Notes: generated from the letters alone by a model not told the origin. Shown: positions 12,515 through 27,619, numbered from the stretch's first letter. The stretch is DNA of 64,000 bases from Bugula neritina (GCA_964035545.1 OZ037770.1:4434662-4498661); one strand, 5' to 3'. Program-made: numbers and translations.

Positions 12515-15500
12515 TTAGGGGCTAGCTTCATATAGTGGGTTGTCTAGCAACTCCACCTCTGACTTAGCCTTAGACACTGTCCCGTAAAGAGGTGGTAGGA
12601 GAGGTGGGGCATCATACTCTGTCTACAACACATAATATATACATCCTAGCTGGTGAGAGTTGGTGAGTAGGTAATAAACACAGAAGAGAAAATATAATTA
12701 TGATAGAAATATATGAAATGGAACTTCATTAGAGATACATAAGTAAAGCAAAGGTTTTCTATGCGTATTCAAGGGCTGATAACTCAAAATTAAAGTCTTT
12801 CTCTTGTAATAGCAGACAGCAAAACAAATAAAATACCGAAATACCGGTGGATTGCAATGAAAGTTTGGTAACTGAAGTCTCAATATGGTTACAGCATTTC
12901 GTGCATAGCCTCCCCCATATTAGTATTTTATTATGAAAATGAAATCCCCAATTTTTCTCTTACTATGATAATTAATAGATATTATGCCGATACAGTTTGG
13001 AGTTGTCCTTTCTAAAATCTTAAAATTGTGCCTTTAAGTAGGGCAAAATATGGTAGTTCTAACATACATGCAGTCAACTTGTGACAATGTGAAGAATATA
13101 TAAATTCAAAGAATAAAAAAGGGCAGAAAAAAGCTTTCAATTGACGCAATTAGGAGTTGTCCTCTTATAAAAACTTCAAAATTTCGCTTTCATGTAGAAC
13201 CTAACATGGATCTTTTTACTTAATTTACTACACACTGGATATCTCCAGTTTTTAGCTATTATTCACAATTTAACTGCTAACGAACATGGCTTTTTGCCCA
13301 AAACTAGTAAAGCACCAATAAATACACCAAAACAATTAGGATTCTTCTTAATTTTGCTTGATTTCCCATGTTTTTTCTTATATATTTAGCTTATTAGGAC
13401 TGCGGACCGTTACGAAAAAACCGTAATGGTCCGCAACCAAAAGTAGCTGAATAATTAGGGAAAAACATTGGAAATAAAGCAAAATTAAAAAGAACACAAA
13501 CGCTACGCTACGGATGCAATTACAGCAAAATAACATTTCCTTAAACTAAATATTATACTACACTGTGTATATCTCAGCCTGTGCAATACCTATAGACTTA
13601 GACCTAACCAACCTTATTGGAGTCAAGGTTGGGGGTGGTGTGAGACGTCCCTTTAACAGTACAGGGCTGTGCATAGTAATCTCCAGCAGGGCTGCTGTCC
13701 TCTGTGAGTGCATCAACACTGCCAGTTATACTGTTCCGTATCTGCAGTATATAAAATACAACATAATAATATAATGTTGTAGGAGCAGCCTTGGTCTAGG
13801 GGTTAGAGCGTTTGCCTAGTAAACACGAAGGTCATGGGTTCGAGCCCTGACAAAGGCCATTGGTGATGTTAGGAAGAGCACCCAGTCATAATTGCTCCTG
13901 TGCCTCATCTGAATAAGTCCTTAGCAAGCTATAACAAAAACCCTTTCCATCTGGAGTTTCCCACAGGGATAGTGACTATAAACTTCTGTGAGTTGATATA
14001 TGATGTTTGCTACTCCCACTGAGCTGTCCAGTGGGCGGAGGGAATTGCTCTATAAGCAGCGGGGAGACCGGAGTGAATGAGCGCAGTAGTTTGGGTACTT
14101 AGGTTTGGAGTTGGGAACCTAACCCTAAACTTGAGAATCTCAAACTACTGCACTCAGTCACCCCCCAACTCAGAGCTGCATATAGAAGAATTCGGGTAGA
14201 GAAGCTGATGTGGCCGCCATCATGCTTTGGAAAGAAATGAGTGACACAAATGCAGTTGAGACTGGCACTACTAAACATTGAGACCCTAATAAGGAGGAAC
14301 AGAAAAATAGTCATTACCACAGCATCTCAATACAACTGTAAAGGGGAAACAGCAATCCTGCAGCCAACTGAAAAGAGGTACGACACAAAAACTGGCTTTC
14401 CAACAACTAATATTTCATGTGGGAAAAGAGAGACCAAAGGACTTTGAGATTTGGCATGGAGGAAAGTCAGAAGGAAAGAGGAATGATGAGAGAAAATTCC
14501 AGATCATGCAAGAAGTAGAGTTTCATAGCTGGCAAGTATTTACTTTACCAAAGTGATGAGAATATGTGTACATACAATACTGGCTTAAACCAAATGGTGG
14601 TTGACATTATGAGACAATGATACGAGATTGGTAAGGTTGTAAAGTGATCCCGGCTGAACCAGTAGCACCACCACACAGGCTCTTGGTAATGGATAGCAGG
14701 ATGAAAAGGAACAAGATGGTGAGAGAGAGAGAGAGATGAAGCTCAACTGGTGGAAACTCAAAGGAATAGCTAGATTGATAGGTTAGAGAGATATTAGGAG
14801 AACAGAGTGAAGTGAGAAAATAGGAGAAATATAGGGAGAGGGAGACTATCAATTGGTGACAAATCAAAGAGAAGGAGAAGGAAAAGCTGAATTGAACTGT
14901 CACAGAGATATTAGCAGATCAGAGTGAAGTGAGAGATCTAACATGGAAAGATAACATTGATAAATAATGAAGCAGCAAATGAGACACTTGGAGTCAGTAC
15001 AAGGTGTATAGAAAGGGAATCATGGTGGTGGAACAAGCAAGTTCAAGAGGCTGTATAACTAAGAAGGAAGCTTTTAAAGACTGAAACAGAACATGAGTAG
15101 TTGAAAACAAAAAGACTTCAAAGCAAATAAAATAAACAAAGAGAAGTGTGCAGTAGCAAAGGAGACAGGTTGAAAAGAATTGTATAAAGATAGAGGAGTA
15201 GATGGCCAAAGGGAAATAATTTAGCAAGAACAATGCAAAGGAGATCAAAGGACATGATAGTGTTCCTCAAAGATGAACAAAGCAAGATCAGAAGTAAATA
15301 TGGGATAAATGCTAAACTCAAAATGCCAGAAATAACAGCAGGGGTCAGCTAGGAAAATCTCCGATGAGGAAGTTACAAATCAAGTAGAAAGAAATGAAAT
15401 GAAATAAAGTAAAAAGACCTGATGAGTTCCCCATACACTATGACTCCAAGCTTGCATTATGCAAATGGATTTTTCATTCATGTTTGGAAACAGTTGCATC

Positions 15501-18500
15501 TAGTAAAACCACAACCACAAGTAAATGCAAAAAGACCCAAAAAACTCCCCCCAAATTAATTCAGCATCTATTCTCATATCTCAAAGCCATGGTAATGCAG
15601 ATATACAGATGATTGCATTAATATGTTTCAGAGAACAAGAATACCAAATGAGTGGCGAAAAAATAGAAATTATTCTCATTTACAAACAAAAAGGTGACCC
15701 CCTTCAGCTGCACTAACTAACTACATGTCACATTAGCAGAGCCTGGGATAAAAGGAGAGAACTGGCAGCAGTTTTGTGCAACAAGAAATTCTTAATTATT
15801 GGAGTTGTTCTCCCGTAGATCATGAAATCATCGAATATTCTGCAGCTAGAAGAGAGAAACGCATCTGCACCTCTACTGATAGTGGAAAGTAGATTATTAA
15901 CTCACAGGTTGAACTCTTCCATTCTTTAGCTGAGCTGACTGGGACATTTCTCTGTCATGGTGGGGGGTAGGGTGACCGTCCCTGTCTAGCACTGTGACTG
16001 TATATGGAGCTGCCTCATAGTAATCTCCAGTCTTCTCATAGGGATCTACAATCAAACTAGTCTTATTGCAGGTTTAAACCAGCAATAAGGATGTGAAAAT
16101 GTCAATTTAAGTCATATTTCATATCTGTAAATCATGTTTATAGGGCTAGAGGGTAGTGAGAGGAGGATACTGAGAGGAGGATACTGAAAGGAGGATACTG
16201 AGAGGAGGATACTGAGAGGAGGATACTGAGAGGAGGATACTGAGAGGAGGATACTGAGAGGAGGGTATTGAGAGGAGGGTACTGAGAAGAGGATACTGAG
16301 AGGAGGGTACTGAGAGGAGGATACTGAGAGGAGGATACTGAGAGGAGGATACTGAGAGGAGGATACTGAGAGGAGGGTACTGAGGGGAGGATACTGAGAG
16401 GAGGATACTGAGAGGAGGATACTGAGAGGAGGGTACTGAGAGGAGGATACTGAGAGGAGGTACTGAGAGGAGGATACTGAGAGGAGGTACTGAGAGGAGG
16501 ATACTGAGGGGAGGATACTGAGAGGAGGATATTGAGAGGAGGGTACTGAGAGGAGGGTACTGAGGGGAGAACACTGAGAGGAGGATACTGAGAGGAGGGT
16601 ACTGAGAGGAGGGTACTGAGAGGAGGATATTGAGAGGAGGATACTGAGAGGAGGGTACTGAGAGGGTACTGAGAGGAGGATACTGAGAGGAGGGTACTGA
16701 GAGGAGGACACTGAGAGGAGGATACTGAGAGGAGGATACTGAGAGGAGGATACTGAGGGGAGGATACTGAGAGGAGGATACTGAGGGGAGGATACTGAGA
16801 GGAGGGTACTGACAGGAAGAAGTAGCCTAGGGCCACACTGTGCGTATTTTCACATGCGAAAATTGAAATCACAAGTAGCAAAGGTGTCCACTGTATGTGT
16901 GGAGAAAACATTAGCACTTGTCGCTCAGCATTCTGAACGCAAGTGAGGAATCTTCTCTGTCGCAGTCACCTAATTGGCTGGTAGTTATTTAGGGAGCCCA
17001 ATTTCTTTATTTAAGTGCGACATTCCAGTTTTATTAAAAGCGAGTGCAATTTAAAAATGAAAACTTCATTTATCTCGCACTTGTAGCCATAGCAACAAGG
17101 CGAGCAGTAAAGTTAAACGCAAATATTATTAGCTAGTAGTTTTCCGATCTCACTAAAGTTACAGTGAACACCTTTGCTACCTGTGGTTTCTATTTTAGCA
17201 TGAGAAAATACGCACAATGTGGCCCTAGGCATAGGGATAAATAGCTATTTAGGGTACTGTGAGTTTGGAGTTAACAGAATGTCTAGAAAATACACAAACA
17301 TTTGTGTAATCGCATTCAAGTAGACACACAGACAGACATAGCTGAGAGACACACAGACAGAAATAGCTGAGAGACACACAGACAGACATACCTGAATACA
17401 CATTGTTATCGGGAATAACATCATAAGTCTCTGGTTGTTCCAACTCGTGATACTCTACGCCATCTCCGGGAAGTCTCTCTGAGTTATTGTTGGAGATTTT
17501 CATCCGCTCCATCTGCTTCTTTTTCTGTTTTCTTTTCCTGGAGAAAATATTACAAGATTTGATAAATAATGCTGACTCCATGCTGACAAACTGTTTAGGG
17601 AGCTGTGAGACATCAGCTTGTTTACATCCTGTAAACTAAACTGAGTCTAAATAGTTACATAAACTATAGTACTGGGCATGTGCAGACCTGCAGTTCAAAT
17701 AGAATCTTCTACACACTACACTTATGCAGTATTGAAATATTGTCACATATAATCTATTAGCTTTCATTTGCATACTATTTTAGGCTTGCTAGCCTGAACA
17801 GTTTTGTTTTATAATAAATTCTGTGTCGAATTGTTTTAGGACAGGACCGTCCAACAGGCAGACCTAGGGCCGGATGTAGCCCCCCAGCCTACATTTATGT
17901 AGACCCCAGCCTATATGGATGAGGCCTTCAAAGGCATAACAACTAAAAGTACTTTAACTGCAGTAGAAAAAACTATCCTTTAAAATAATATTTAGTTTAT
18001 GTTTATCTAATTTACATGCATGCTAAAACATGCAACCTGAAGTATTTGTTAAGATTTCATCGTGTAATAATTATTAGATTTAGGAATAAAATAATCTGAA
18101 GAACACTGATACTGTAGCTGCCAACCCAATCTAAATTTTACAATGCGGTCCTCCCTACAGAACAATACATTTTAGTGGCCCTCGGTCTGAAAAGGTTGGA
18201 CACCTCTGTTTAAGAACTTCTAAATGCTTGCAGATGATGTTTCTAGTAGGCTTTGAAGTTGTGACATTACATAACTTATATTATTTATAGCCAACTTTCA
18301 TGGCAGCTGTTCCTAGCTGCTGCAACTTACAGCTTAGTAACAGAGCTGGGTTGAAAGATTTAACTAAAATGAAAGCTAATATATTATGTAAGAATATTTT
18401 AATGCTGCATAAGTGAACAAAGCCCTAAATACTTCAAGTATAGCCTTAATTCTACGTTATTAGTTATAATCTAAATGTCAAACTGAAAGTTAGAAACACA

Positions 18501-21500
18501 GGCTATAGTGTTTACACAGTTTCTATAGCCTCTGAAATTGAAGGGTTTCCCTTACCCACCCTGTATATTGTATATAACCAATAGAACACAGAACTCTGGC
18601 TAGACTAACCTCAAACACTGACCACAACTAACAGTATATCTTGGGGTAATATGCTAAATATATCAGCACTAAGTAACTGATATATTGATACTTCCTTTAT
18701 ACTGATTACTAAACAATGTAATTACACAATCATTTCACTGAATCCACACAGCAGAGAAAGGGGAAAACATTAACTAATACAATCATTGAGTGAATACTAG
18801 ATGAAAGACATTAAAGTTAAGGCTGTATTAGATTAATATAATAGGGACAGCATGTAATTATGTAATCCTATGAATAGTAATCACTCAATCCATGACTCAC
18901 TCAGAGTAGAATAATTTGGTACTCCTTTCATATACTGAAAGATGAAATACTGATGTTTAGTATACCTAGTGTTACTCATGCTGTATATAACCTATCAATA
19001 CACTATCATATATGATGACACAGCTGCGTAAATACATACGTGTACATATGTATACACATTACCACATAATATAATATATCTTACTATACATGATATAATA
19101 TCATATATTATTATGCAAAGCATACATTATTCAGTTCATATCACATTCTCAAACTAGAGAAATGCGTAATATATCCTCCTAAACCAAAACTGTTCTACCT
19201 TCACAAGTCTATTCAAAATTGCATGCTAAAAATTGTGTAAGTTCGGGGTGAGTGCTACAACAGGCCACTAACCCTCACACATATCACATTGGCAGTTTAA
19301 CAGCCTGTAATAAACATTCACTAGCGATAGAGGCAATGCTGTTGGACTGTCATGGTTGAAATATGATGACTTAAGTATTAATTGCAGACAGATGAGTCAT
19401 TGTTTCAGCTGACATCATGAGGGAAGGTCAAAGGTTAAACTGCAGTAGATACTAGACAACTTAACAACACTGCAGTATATACATCAACTGAAATTGCTAA
19501 CAGAAAAAATGCCATTTCATTCCAAGAGATGAGTCAGTCACAATGAACTGCTCTAAGTGTGAGTTTTGGTCATCAGCTGAGCTTAACTATAGGCAGGATT
19601 TTAACATTCATGTGCTGAACTGAGACATTTCAGTAGCCTAAGTTCTTCAATTATATTTACTAAGCTTTGGCTTGGAGTGTGGGTTAACATTCTAGCAAAT
19701 ACATAACTCCCTTTGTCACATTTCTAACCTGGAACAATGACTGCTCTCAATTCCTTCATAATGCAACTATTTGACTTTAAAACACTGGAATGGTACAAAA
19801 GGTTGAAGCAAAATAACTATTACTGAACCTCAGGCATTGCCTGCAAAAGTGGGGGGGTAGATAACCCCCTTCCCTACTAGTCCACATAAAACTGAAGTAA
19901 CCAGCTAAGCATTAGACAGGTACACTATCACCTTGCCAGGTACCTGTCACCTAGCAAACACCTGTCTGACACTTTGACACCTGCCAAATGTATCAACTCA
20001 GTGCTAATCATGAATTAATTACAAAAAACCAAACCAGCCCAATAGTATACACTATATGGTAGATACAATCATATGATAATACAATATTGGACAGGAAAGC
20101 TATTAGTTGCCTTATGACAGACTATTACTGTGTTATTAACTGCTATTAATCACGCTGAGCAAACATGACTCATACTATACTCTCAAATTTATTCACGTTT
20201 TAAAGTGTTTTGTTTGATTTAAATGCAATTTAAAACTGATTCACAATTGAAATAAATTATCAAAGCAGAAGTCAATGGACTGACTTAACAAAGAATTGAA
20301 TGGAGAAATAGAAATGAATAGATTGACTCAACATGTCTTCCATAGTTCCTTGTGAATAGAGAATAGACTGCCAGCTTACAGTATAGCTACTTCCTTATGG
20401 CGCATGTTTATCTCTACTGCTCATAGTTTATCAGCTCCAAGTAATCTTACTTTTTTCACTGTCAGGTTAGTATAACATACTAATTGGTATTGACTGGGGA
20501 TATAAACACAGCATTGTGCTATAAATAGCTGTGTTTACGGGAGAAGAGCAACATTGTTACATAATTTTGATAAACAATTTCCTTACTAGGCAGAGTGGAG
20601 GGATAATTTAATGCAATCATATGTTGTTTAATTGTAACTTTGTTATTTCAGTGGTAAAGGCAAATGAGGAAGATTGATAACATAGCAACAAGCATTACTA
20701 AGAAGGTGAACAGGTAGCACCAGTTGCAATTCTCAAATAATGAATAATTTCAACAGGAAATAAAAAATTCAACAGCTTCAAGATCTTTAACCATGTTTAT
20801 AAGAAGTAGATAAAGCAATGGAGAAATTAAGAAAAGCCTGTGCTCTAGATTCGAAATGTAGCATATTTCAACCCCTCTCCAAACCAAGCTTTAATGGTAA
20901 AAGTAAAGAACTTAGGCTATCTCCATTTCTCCACTACTGCTCCTAAATGCTTTACAAGTTTAGGTTTAGAAGTAAAGGGTTGAGTCATTCAAAGAAAGTG
21001 ACTTATTTAGCTATATGACTTATTAGAACACAGGTTATTCTGAATTTCCAAATGACTGCCCCTACTTTGAGATGAAATCCCAGATACTGGTCACCTTAGC
21101 TTACTTTTCAAACGTGTCTCACTACAAGAGGGGGGCCCAGATAATCGCCCAGAGTGGATCTGATAAACTGAACTGTAGGGAACGAAGAGGTCACATTCTC
21201 TCATACTGGGAGAGTAGCAGCTCAAATGTACACGACAACTGACCAATAGAAAACAAGAAATCAAAGAGTATTAGCCTGTGAATGTAACTGCGTGTAATTT
21301 ACTGGGTTGAAGCTAAGGCTAACAAATATATTTCAACTACAATCAATTACTTCTGAAACCGCTGAAGTAATGCTACAGCATAGAAAGTGTAATCAACTAC
21401 GTGAAATATCAACAGAGAAATAATACATCCTAATTAAATTTAAATAAGGGTGTGCCATCCACTACTTTTACTGTCATTACAGAGCTTGGTAACCTTGCAT

Positions 21501-24460
21501 TAACAAATAAATAGTGTGTTTTATCGATATTTTTCTCCACAAGAAGATAAAAACTTAATACTTGAGCATAAAATTCTTTTAAGAGAAAACAAGAGTCAAT
21601 ATCTGGTTAGTATTACGGAAACAGGAATTATGATATTGTAGACTTTTATTTAGTGGTTTGTGCAGTTCAGTGGTACATGATAGAATGGACAATTAGCCAA
21701 TGATAGTGTCACCCTAGTACTTATATAAAGGTTACTAGCATTGGGAGTGATCAGTCAGTGAGTGACTCAGATACTCAGTGAGTGGGTGACTAAGAAACTC
21801 AGTAAGTGACTAAAATACTCAGTGAGTGACTAAGATAGTCAGTGAGTGAGCGACTCAGATAGTCAGTGAGTGACTAAGTTAGTCAGTGGGTGAGTTCATC
21901 AAATAATAATTCAAACAACCTGCGGGGCCCACTCACTGATTAAACTAATGGATACCCAAGTCAGTTAATGAATTACAGAGTGAATATACAAATATCTCAT
22001 TTAAATTAAAACTCAAATCAGTGTAGACCTGTCAGAAATAGTCAACAAGTGAAAACCTTACAGCTAGAAATCTACTGAATAATTCCGAAGGGTATAAAAT
22101 GTCTCACTATGAGAAGAAAGCAACAGGAAACGAAATAAACTCACGTCACGGAATATCAATATAATACATTTCCCTCGCAAGGGAAATGAAGCCCTGACTT
22201 TGATATTCATGAGAGCAACATTTTTTAAATACAGTAAGTATACAAGAGTGTAGAGATACACCTATTTTACCTCCTGAAACAAAAGAGACAGGTGAGCAGC
22301 ACAGCCACAATGATAATGACACACAGTGCTACAGCCAGTGCAGTGATTATCATATCCCTCTGAGTTAGACCTCCACCACTACCTCCTTTGTCAGTTGTTG
22401 ATGACGTATCTACATCTAGAGTCACTGCAAACAGAAACATTAAAATATCATAATTTTGTGAGTTCTGTAGAATCATTCAGATACAGAAAACCATATTTTC
22501 AAACCACTAATAAATTGTTGATAATTATTAATAACCAATCATTGCCAACTCTGAGTGTTCAAGTTTAACTCAATCATTAAATGGAATAGGAGCATTAGCT
22601 ATATACACTGCTCCCTCCATATCTCACAGAAATTTTTTACAAAATTTCACAGGTCACAGGCTTGGACCATTATTTTGTGGCTTATGTATATGTGTGTAGG
22701 GAAAAAATGTGGTATGGATCCATGAATTAAATCTGGCATTCTACTAATTCACAAACTGAGGTTTCCAGACCTGCAGCTTAGTGAGATACAGAGGAAACAG
22801 TGTATTTAGTGTTAGTCAAGAATAGAAAAGAGCCGTTAATAAAGCAGTGAAAAAGCAAAGCTAACTTTTAGCCTGTCCTGTCATCTCAGCCTCTTGGGAT
22901 GTAGCTTGAGTTGCAGGCAGAGTATTGGTTGAACTAGCAGGTGGAGTACTTGAGGCCCCTACAGTTGATATTAATAGCTGAGGTTACAGGAAGCTAACAC
23001 ATGAGATACACACACCATGCATAGAAAGAGAGAGAGAGAAATACTTACTTCTGGTTGGTAAACCTGTGTATACTTTGGTATACTTCCCTGGATTGTTAAT
23101 AGCATCATTACACCATACTTCCATTAGGACATCTGCAGGTGGATATATAAGTTATTAGACATATTATATAACAGTATCATATAAATCAGTTAGTATAAAG
23201 TATTAGAGCAGTTAAAAAATTCTACTAGCAGATGATACTGATAAATAGACTCACTTGATGTTAGCTTCACATGGGCTCTAGACTGACCACTTAGCTGAGT
23301 ATTGTCTGCAAACACAACTGTGAACTTCTCGATGTTCACACCAATTGTATGAGTTCTGTTCATTGATAAATAATAAGGCTCGTCTGGGTATGTGTCAACC
23401 CAACCAGATTGACCAACTGGTTGATAATAGAAATACTCGTCTCTAAAAAAATGAGCCATTCTTTGTCTAATAAGAGTTATGTCTTGTGTAAACAACTGTT
23501 TATTGGTTGGTTTGAAGTCACACAAACAAGATGTCTTTCCAGCTGCTGTGTCAGGTGAAGAAGTGGTTAGAAATACAGACTGACTGGCAGGTATAGTCTC
23601 ATATCTGTCTTCACATATATCCAAGGTGTAGTCTAAACAAACAAACAAACAAAACTATTTAATATGCAATGGTACATTATATGATTTCATGGAGGATTAA
23701 ACTTTTAATATATCCATCAAACGCAAATACAACTTATGCATATATAAATCATTTGACACACTCAGCTATAAAACTGAATAAAAACACCATTATAAATGGT
23801 TACAGTTTGCTGAACTGTGAACGGCTACAGCATCACCTACTAAAATAAAATTTATTAACATTGACTTCAGTATATCCATAACTATCTGACTTTAATATAT
23901 AATTTAGTAAATCAAGCAAGTATAGGACCATGAAAACCAAATCAATACCAGATTTGATGCAGGAAAACTTCACCCTCAGTTCCTTAGCTTTAGGATATCC
24001 TGTCTCACACTCTTCTTTAGGTACTGTAATATTTATTCCTTGAGGTCCTATGGAACAGTTCTGTTTAGCATAGCAGTTGGCTCTGATTCTGTCTTCATTC
24101 TGACACACACTGTGTTGTCCATCCAGATATCCAGAGTTTTGATATTCTGGACAGACCAGTTGAGTGCATGGTACAGAGTCTGAGTAATATTCTAGTGATC
24201 GGATTTCTATCACTGAATCCGTTGGACAAGATAATCTTGCAGATTGTGGGAGTTCTCCAGAGTCCTTATCAAACTGAGAAGTTTGCGTTTGAAGAACTGC
24301 AGAATAAAAAAAGGGTTACGATGATGTTTATTCATCACCAAGATTACAACAGAACCTCGAAAAATTATCACTAAGCAAGTATATCTGAAAGAATAAACTT
24401 ACTAGAATTTGCAGTTGCAGCTTGCAGAATCATCGTGAAGCATACCCACAGCAGAGCCAT
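12515..24460 (-). CDS. Type-I transmembrane receptor: signal peptide, SUEL/rhamnose-lectin-like domain, CUB-like domain, S/T stalk, TM helix, Tyr-rich tail with NPxY (about 545 aa)
   Basis: Exons 24460-24403, 24296-23949, 23632-23255, 23132-23049, 22958-22866, 22424-22271, 17537-17392, 16045-15906, 13741-13613 and 12622-12515 are all GT-AG, phase-consistent and sum to 1638 nt. Signal peptide MALLWVCFTMILQAATA. SUEL-like pattern LSCPTDSVIEIRSLEYY...CYAKQNCSI...CETGYPKAKELRVKFSC. TM helix IITALAVALCVIIIVAVLLTCLFCF followed by RRKRKQKK. C-terminus LLDNPLYEASP*. Confidence 0.8.
13345..13496. mobile_element. Fold-back MITE-like element
   Basis: Imperfect inverted repeat along its whole length: ttcttcttaattttgctt...tgcggaccgttacg-aaaaaac-cgtaatggtccgca...aagcaaaattaaaaagaa. 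Confidence 0.7.
13781..13990 (+). mobile_element. tRNA-derived SINE (Meta-like core)
   Basis: Head tggtctaggggttagagcg...gggttcgagccc has A and B boxes. It is followed by ggtgatgttaggaagagcacccagtc, which resembles the Meta-SINE core. An inverted copy lies at 9075-9270. Confidence 0.75.
14930..15740 (+). mobile_element. Degenerate RTE-clade LINE fragments
   Basis: Broken frames give SWWWNKQVQEAV..KKEAFK and IYKQKGDPLQ, both typical of the RTE pre-RT region. Many stops and frameshifts. Confidence 0.65.
16157..16812. repeat. 14-bp minisatellite (gagaggaggatact)n
   Basis: About 46 tandem copies in an intron of the receptor gene. Explains the repetitive ORFs at 16112-16917. Confidence 0.95.
16830..17225. 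mobile_element. MITE with about 65-bp terminal inverted repeats (possibly PIF/Harbinger-type)
   Basis: Left end gggccacactgtgcgtattttcacatgc...gtagcaaaggtgtccactgta pairs with right end tacagtgaacacctttgctac...gcatgagaaaatacgcacaatgtggccc. Flanked by TA on both sides. Confidence 0.8.
21752..21895. repeat. Degenerate 20-24 bp tandem repeat (cagtgagtgactaagatact)
   Basis: About 6 copies, intronic. Confidence 0.8.
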
Positions 24461-27400
24461 AATCCACGCAGCTATCTTCTACAAATTAAAATAATGGTGA
24501 AATGAGTGGTTGAAAAAATATTACACTAAGATAAGATGAAAGTTAAAGAAACATATTGATTAAAATATTTAGTAAAAAGATCAGCATTTTAGCCCTAAAA
24601 TAAAATAGCCATCACAGCTATTCTGAAAATTAAAATATTCTCAGCAGAAGCTGGTCATTTCATGAAAACGTTCTATAGGCTTCATGTTTCAGTAGACACT
24701 AGTAGACTAGTAGACACTATTATTAGCAAAGTTATTCTATCATATTATATCCTATAAGTGCAGGATATGCTGCCTAACATACTATTTACATTGATAAAAT
24801 TGAAACATTCCCACAGCATTTTAATAGTAGGTCATCACCTGGGGAGGGTGTTGGTAGCCCCCCCTCCCCAGAGGAAAACAACAAAACTGTCACAAAAAAC
24901 TGGAGAACCTTATTAAAACATATTAAATCTAACTTAGTTTTTAATCATTGATGGTGACTTTTCATGGCAACTTTGAAGCAAGCAAAATTGAGAGACTTTT
25001 TCTGATTATTTCTTCAATTTTAATCTAAAGAAAATCTGAGAAAATGTATTTTTATAAACTAATTCTACTTGCAGCCTATACTTGATACTTTACTTTAACA
25101 TAAATAAATAAATATGCCTGAGAAAAGTTCAAATCTACGTTAAAGTTTATTGTCACCTCTACTTATTAGGCAAAAAATAGGAAGCAGGGGTTCGCGTCGT
25201 TCAGTGGCTAGTCAATATTTCAAAGGCTCATTTAACATTTTTACTTAAACATTTTCTTTCTAGTGCTTCATTTCTATTTTTGAGCAGTTCCTGTTTTGCA
25301 TTACAGCCAAGAACAATTTACGTAACTTTAAGCTAAATGCCTGCTTAGATTCCACATTGCATTAGGCTCAGTATATATGCATCCAATTATGTTGGCAAAG
25401 ACAGTTTGATTTATAAATCCCCATTTAAAGTAAAGCCTAGTTATAGAAAATGACTTTAAAAGCTATTCTATTTCTATAACTTATTTCTAACTTAATTTGA
25501 ATAACAACTTGTTTTAGAACTTCCATTTTCGAAGCAACAGAAATTCAGAATATTGTTTTGAGATACCTACGCAAATAGTTTATCTATCAATTTATTCACT
25601 AGAACAAATTAAATACAAAATCACAATCAGCAGAGCTAATCACAGCTAATAACATACTATGCTTTATAACACTCACTATGTTTTCAACAGTAGCAGAAGA
25701 TACTTATATTGATATTTACAATGAGAATAAACTTAAATCATGCACTAAAATTCAAAAGACTAGGCTAGACCCAACTATCACTTGTAGTCAATTATTACAA
25801 TTATAATGATAATTATGTTAATGCTACAATTCAAGCAGTTTATTATTATTATTATTATTATTATACTAATACTCATTATAATAATCAACCATAATGAAAG
25901 GTATAGTCATAGGTATTGTAATACTAACGGTCATACTCATACTCCTAATAACAATGGCAATGAATTCATATTACATTTGATTAGATACAAAACTTTGTGA
26001 ACACTAAAAATTAAAGTAAGAGAGAATAATTTAAACTCTAAATTATATATAACAATCAACATGAACACTTACTGATACTAAAACTTATACTAATATTATA
26101 ACCATAATTATAATCATAATACCAATATTAATAAGAAAGTCATTATTAATTTGGAGATCATTATTGATTATTCAATGACAATATGAATATGAATATCACT
26201 ATGAACACCATAATACGATGACAATCACAATGACACTGATACGTAATTTTGAAAAGCAAAATGAATGTGTTGACAAAGTCAAACTCAATGTGTTTCAGTC
26301 TGAGTTTCACTCCTAGTTCTACTATTACTATTGCCATTGGTATTACTATTAGTATTAGTATTAGTAATTTTAAAAGAGAGTGAGTTCGCAAACAAGTAAC
26401 GCGTAATAATAACACATAATAGTAGCAGTAATACCATTGGCAATAGTGAGTAACACTAGTAATAGTAATACTAATAGAGTAATAGTAATAGTACAACTAC
26501 TACTAGTACTACTACTAGAACTAGTACTACTACTAGTACTAGCCTAGGTCTAGGAGAGTAGTACTACATCGAGACTGAGAAGTGAAAACTGATCTTGATA
26601 TGTACATCCAAATTTGTACATATTGATATATAAACGTATCTAAGTGATTAAATTGTTTTTGGTCAAATATCAATAAAGTAGTAGCAACGCTATCCATTTA
26701 TCTTTAACTTTAGAGTGCAACACTAACTGACCCACTGCCACTGACTGGAAGCAGCTACATTCTGTTGCAGAATGAGAAATGAAGTAAATATTGTCGGTTT
26801 CAGCGGATAGAGCTGCAAGAATCAGCTATCAAACTGTATAAATGTAAATATATTGGGAGCGGGGGGGGGGGACTGCTGTTCAGTACAAAGCGATATTTTA
26901 TGGATTTACTACTACGTCTGACACCTATTTTAATATTCGGTTGAAAATGATTTAGTTACGACTTTGCTACATCACCATAAAAACCTAATGTTCGATGTAA
27001 GCACAACTCTTATTTTAATAAATGAAAATGTTGTGTTCGTCGTAAGTTTAGCTTCCTGGAATCCAAAAAATATAATAATATAAAGAGATCTGAATAATTA
27101 ATAAAACCAAAATTTTTTTTTATTATTTTTACTAATTTTTTTTTTGCGTTTATTTATTTTATAATTGTCACGCCCCCAATTAGAAAAAATTGAAACTTTT
27201 TTTCGAAACAGAGTAGATACGACTCTGAACATGATTGCTATGATACCATACAGCAGTAGATGCCATCATTCGCAATTTGTATAAATTCCCAATAATATCG
27301 AAAAAACACATTGCAATCTGAAATGTTGTTTTTATTATGACCGTAACTTTTATTAGACACCAGAATTAATTAATTACACACACTATAATTTAAAAAGTGT

Positions 27401-27619
27401 TTCTAATAGTAGCTGCAGTGCTACTATCACAATAACTTTCTCACATTCAGCTCTTTCCAGGCTTAGTTTATTAGGTCTCAGATGACTCATTCAATGGCGA
27501 TAGTAATATGGTTACTAGTGGTAATCACTAACTTTAAGTCTATAATAGCTATTTTTTATGCTATGTTTTACTCTAGAACACAGGCTTTTCTGATTTTCTT
27601 AATCACTGCACCTACCAAT

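Noticed and set aside
16112-16917. Three long overlapping ORFs with SSQYPPLSILLSV repeats
   Set aside because: Artefact of a stop-poor 14-bp minisatellite in an intron.
18901-18934. Candidate 34-nt micro-exon on the minus strand (good AG and GTGAGT signals) in the receptor intron
   Set aside because: Its phase does not fit the flanking exons and it would introduce an immediate stop; unsupported without RNA data.
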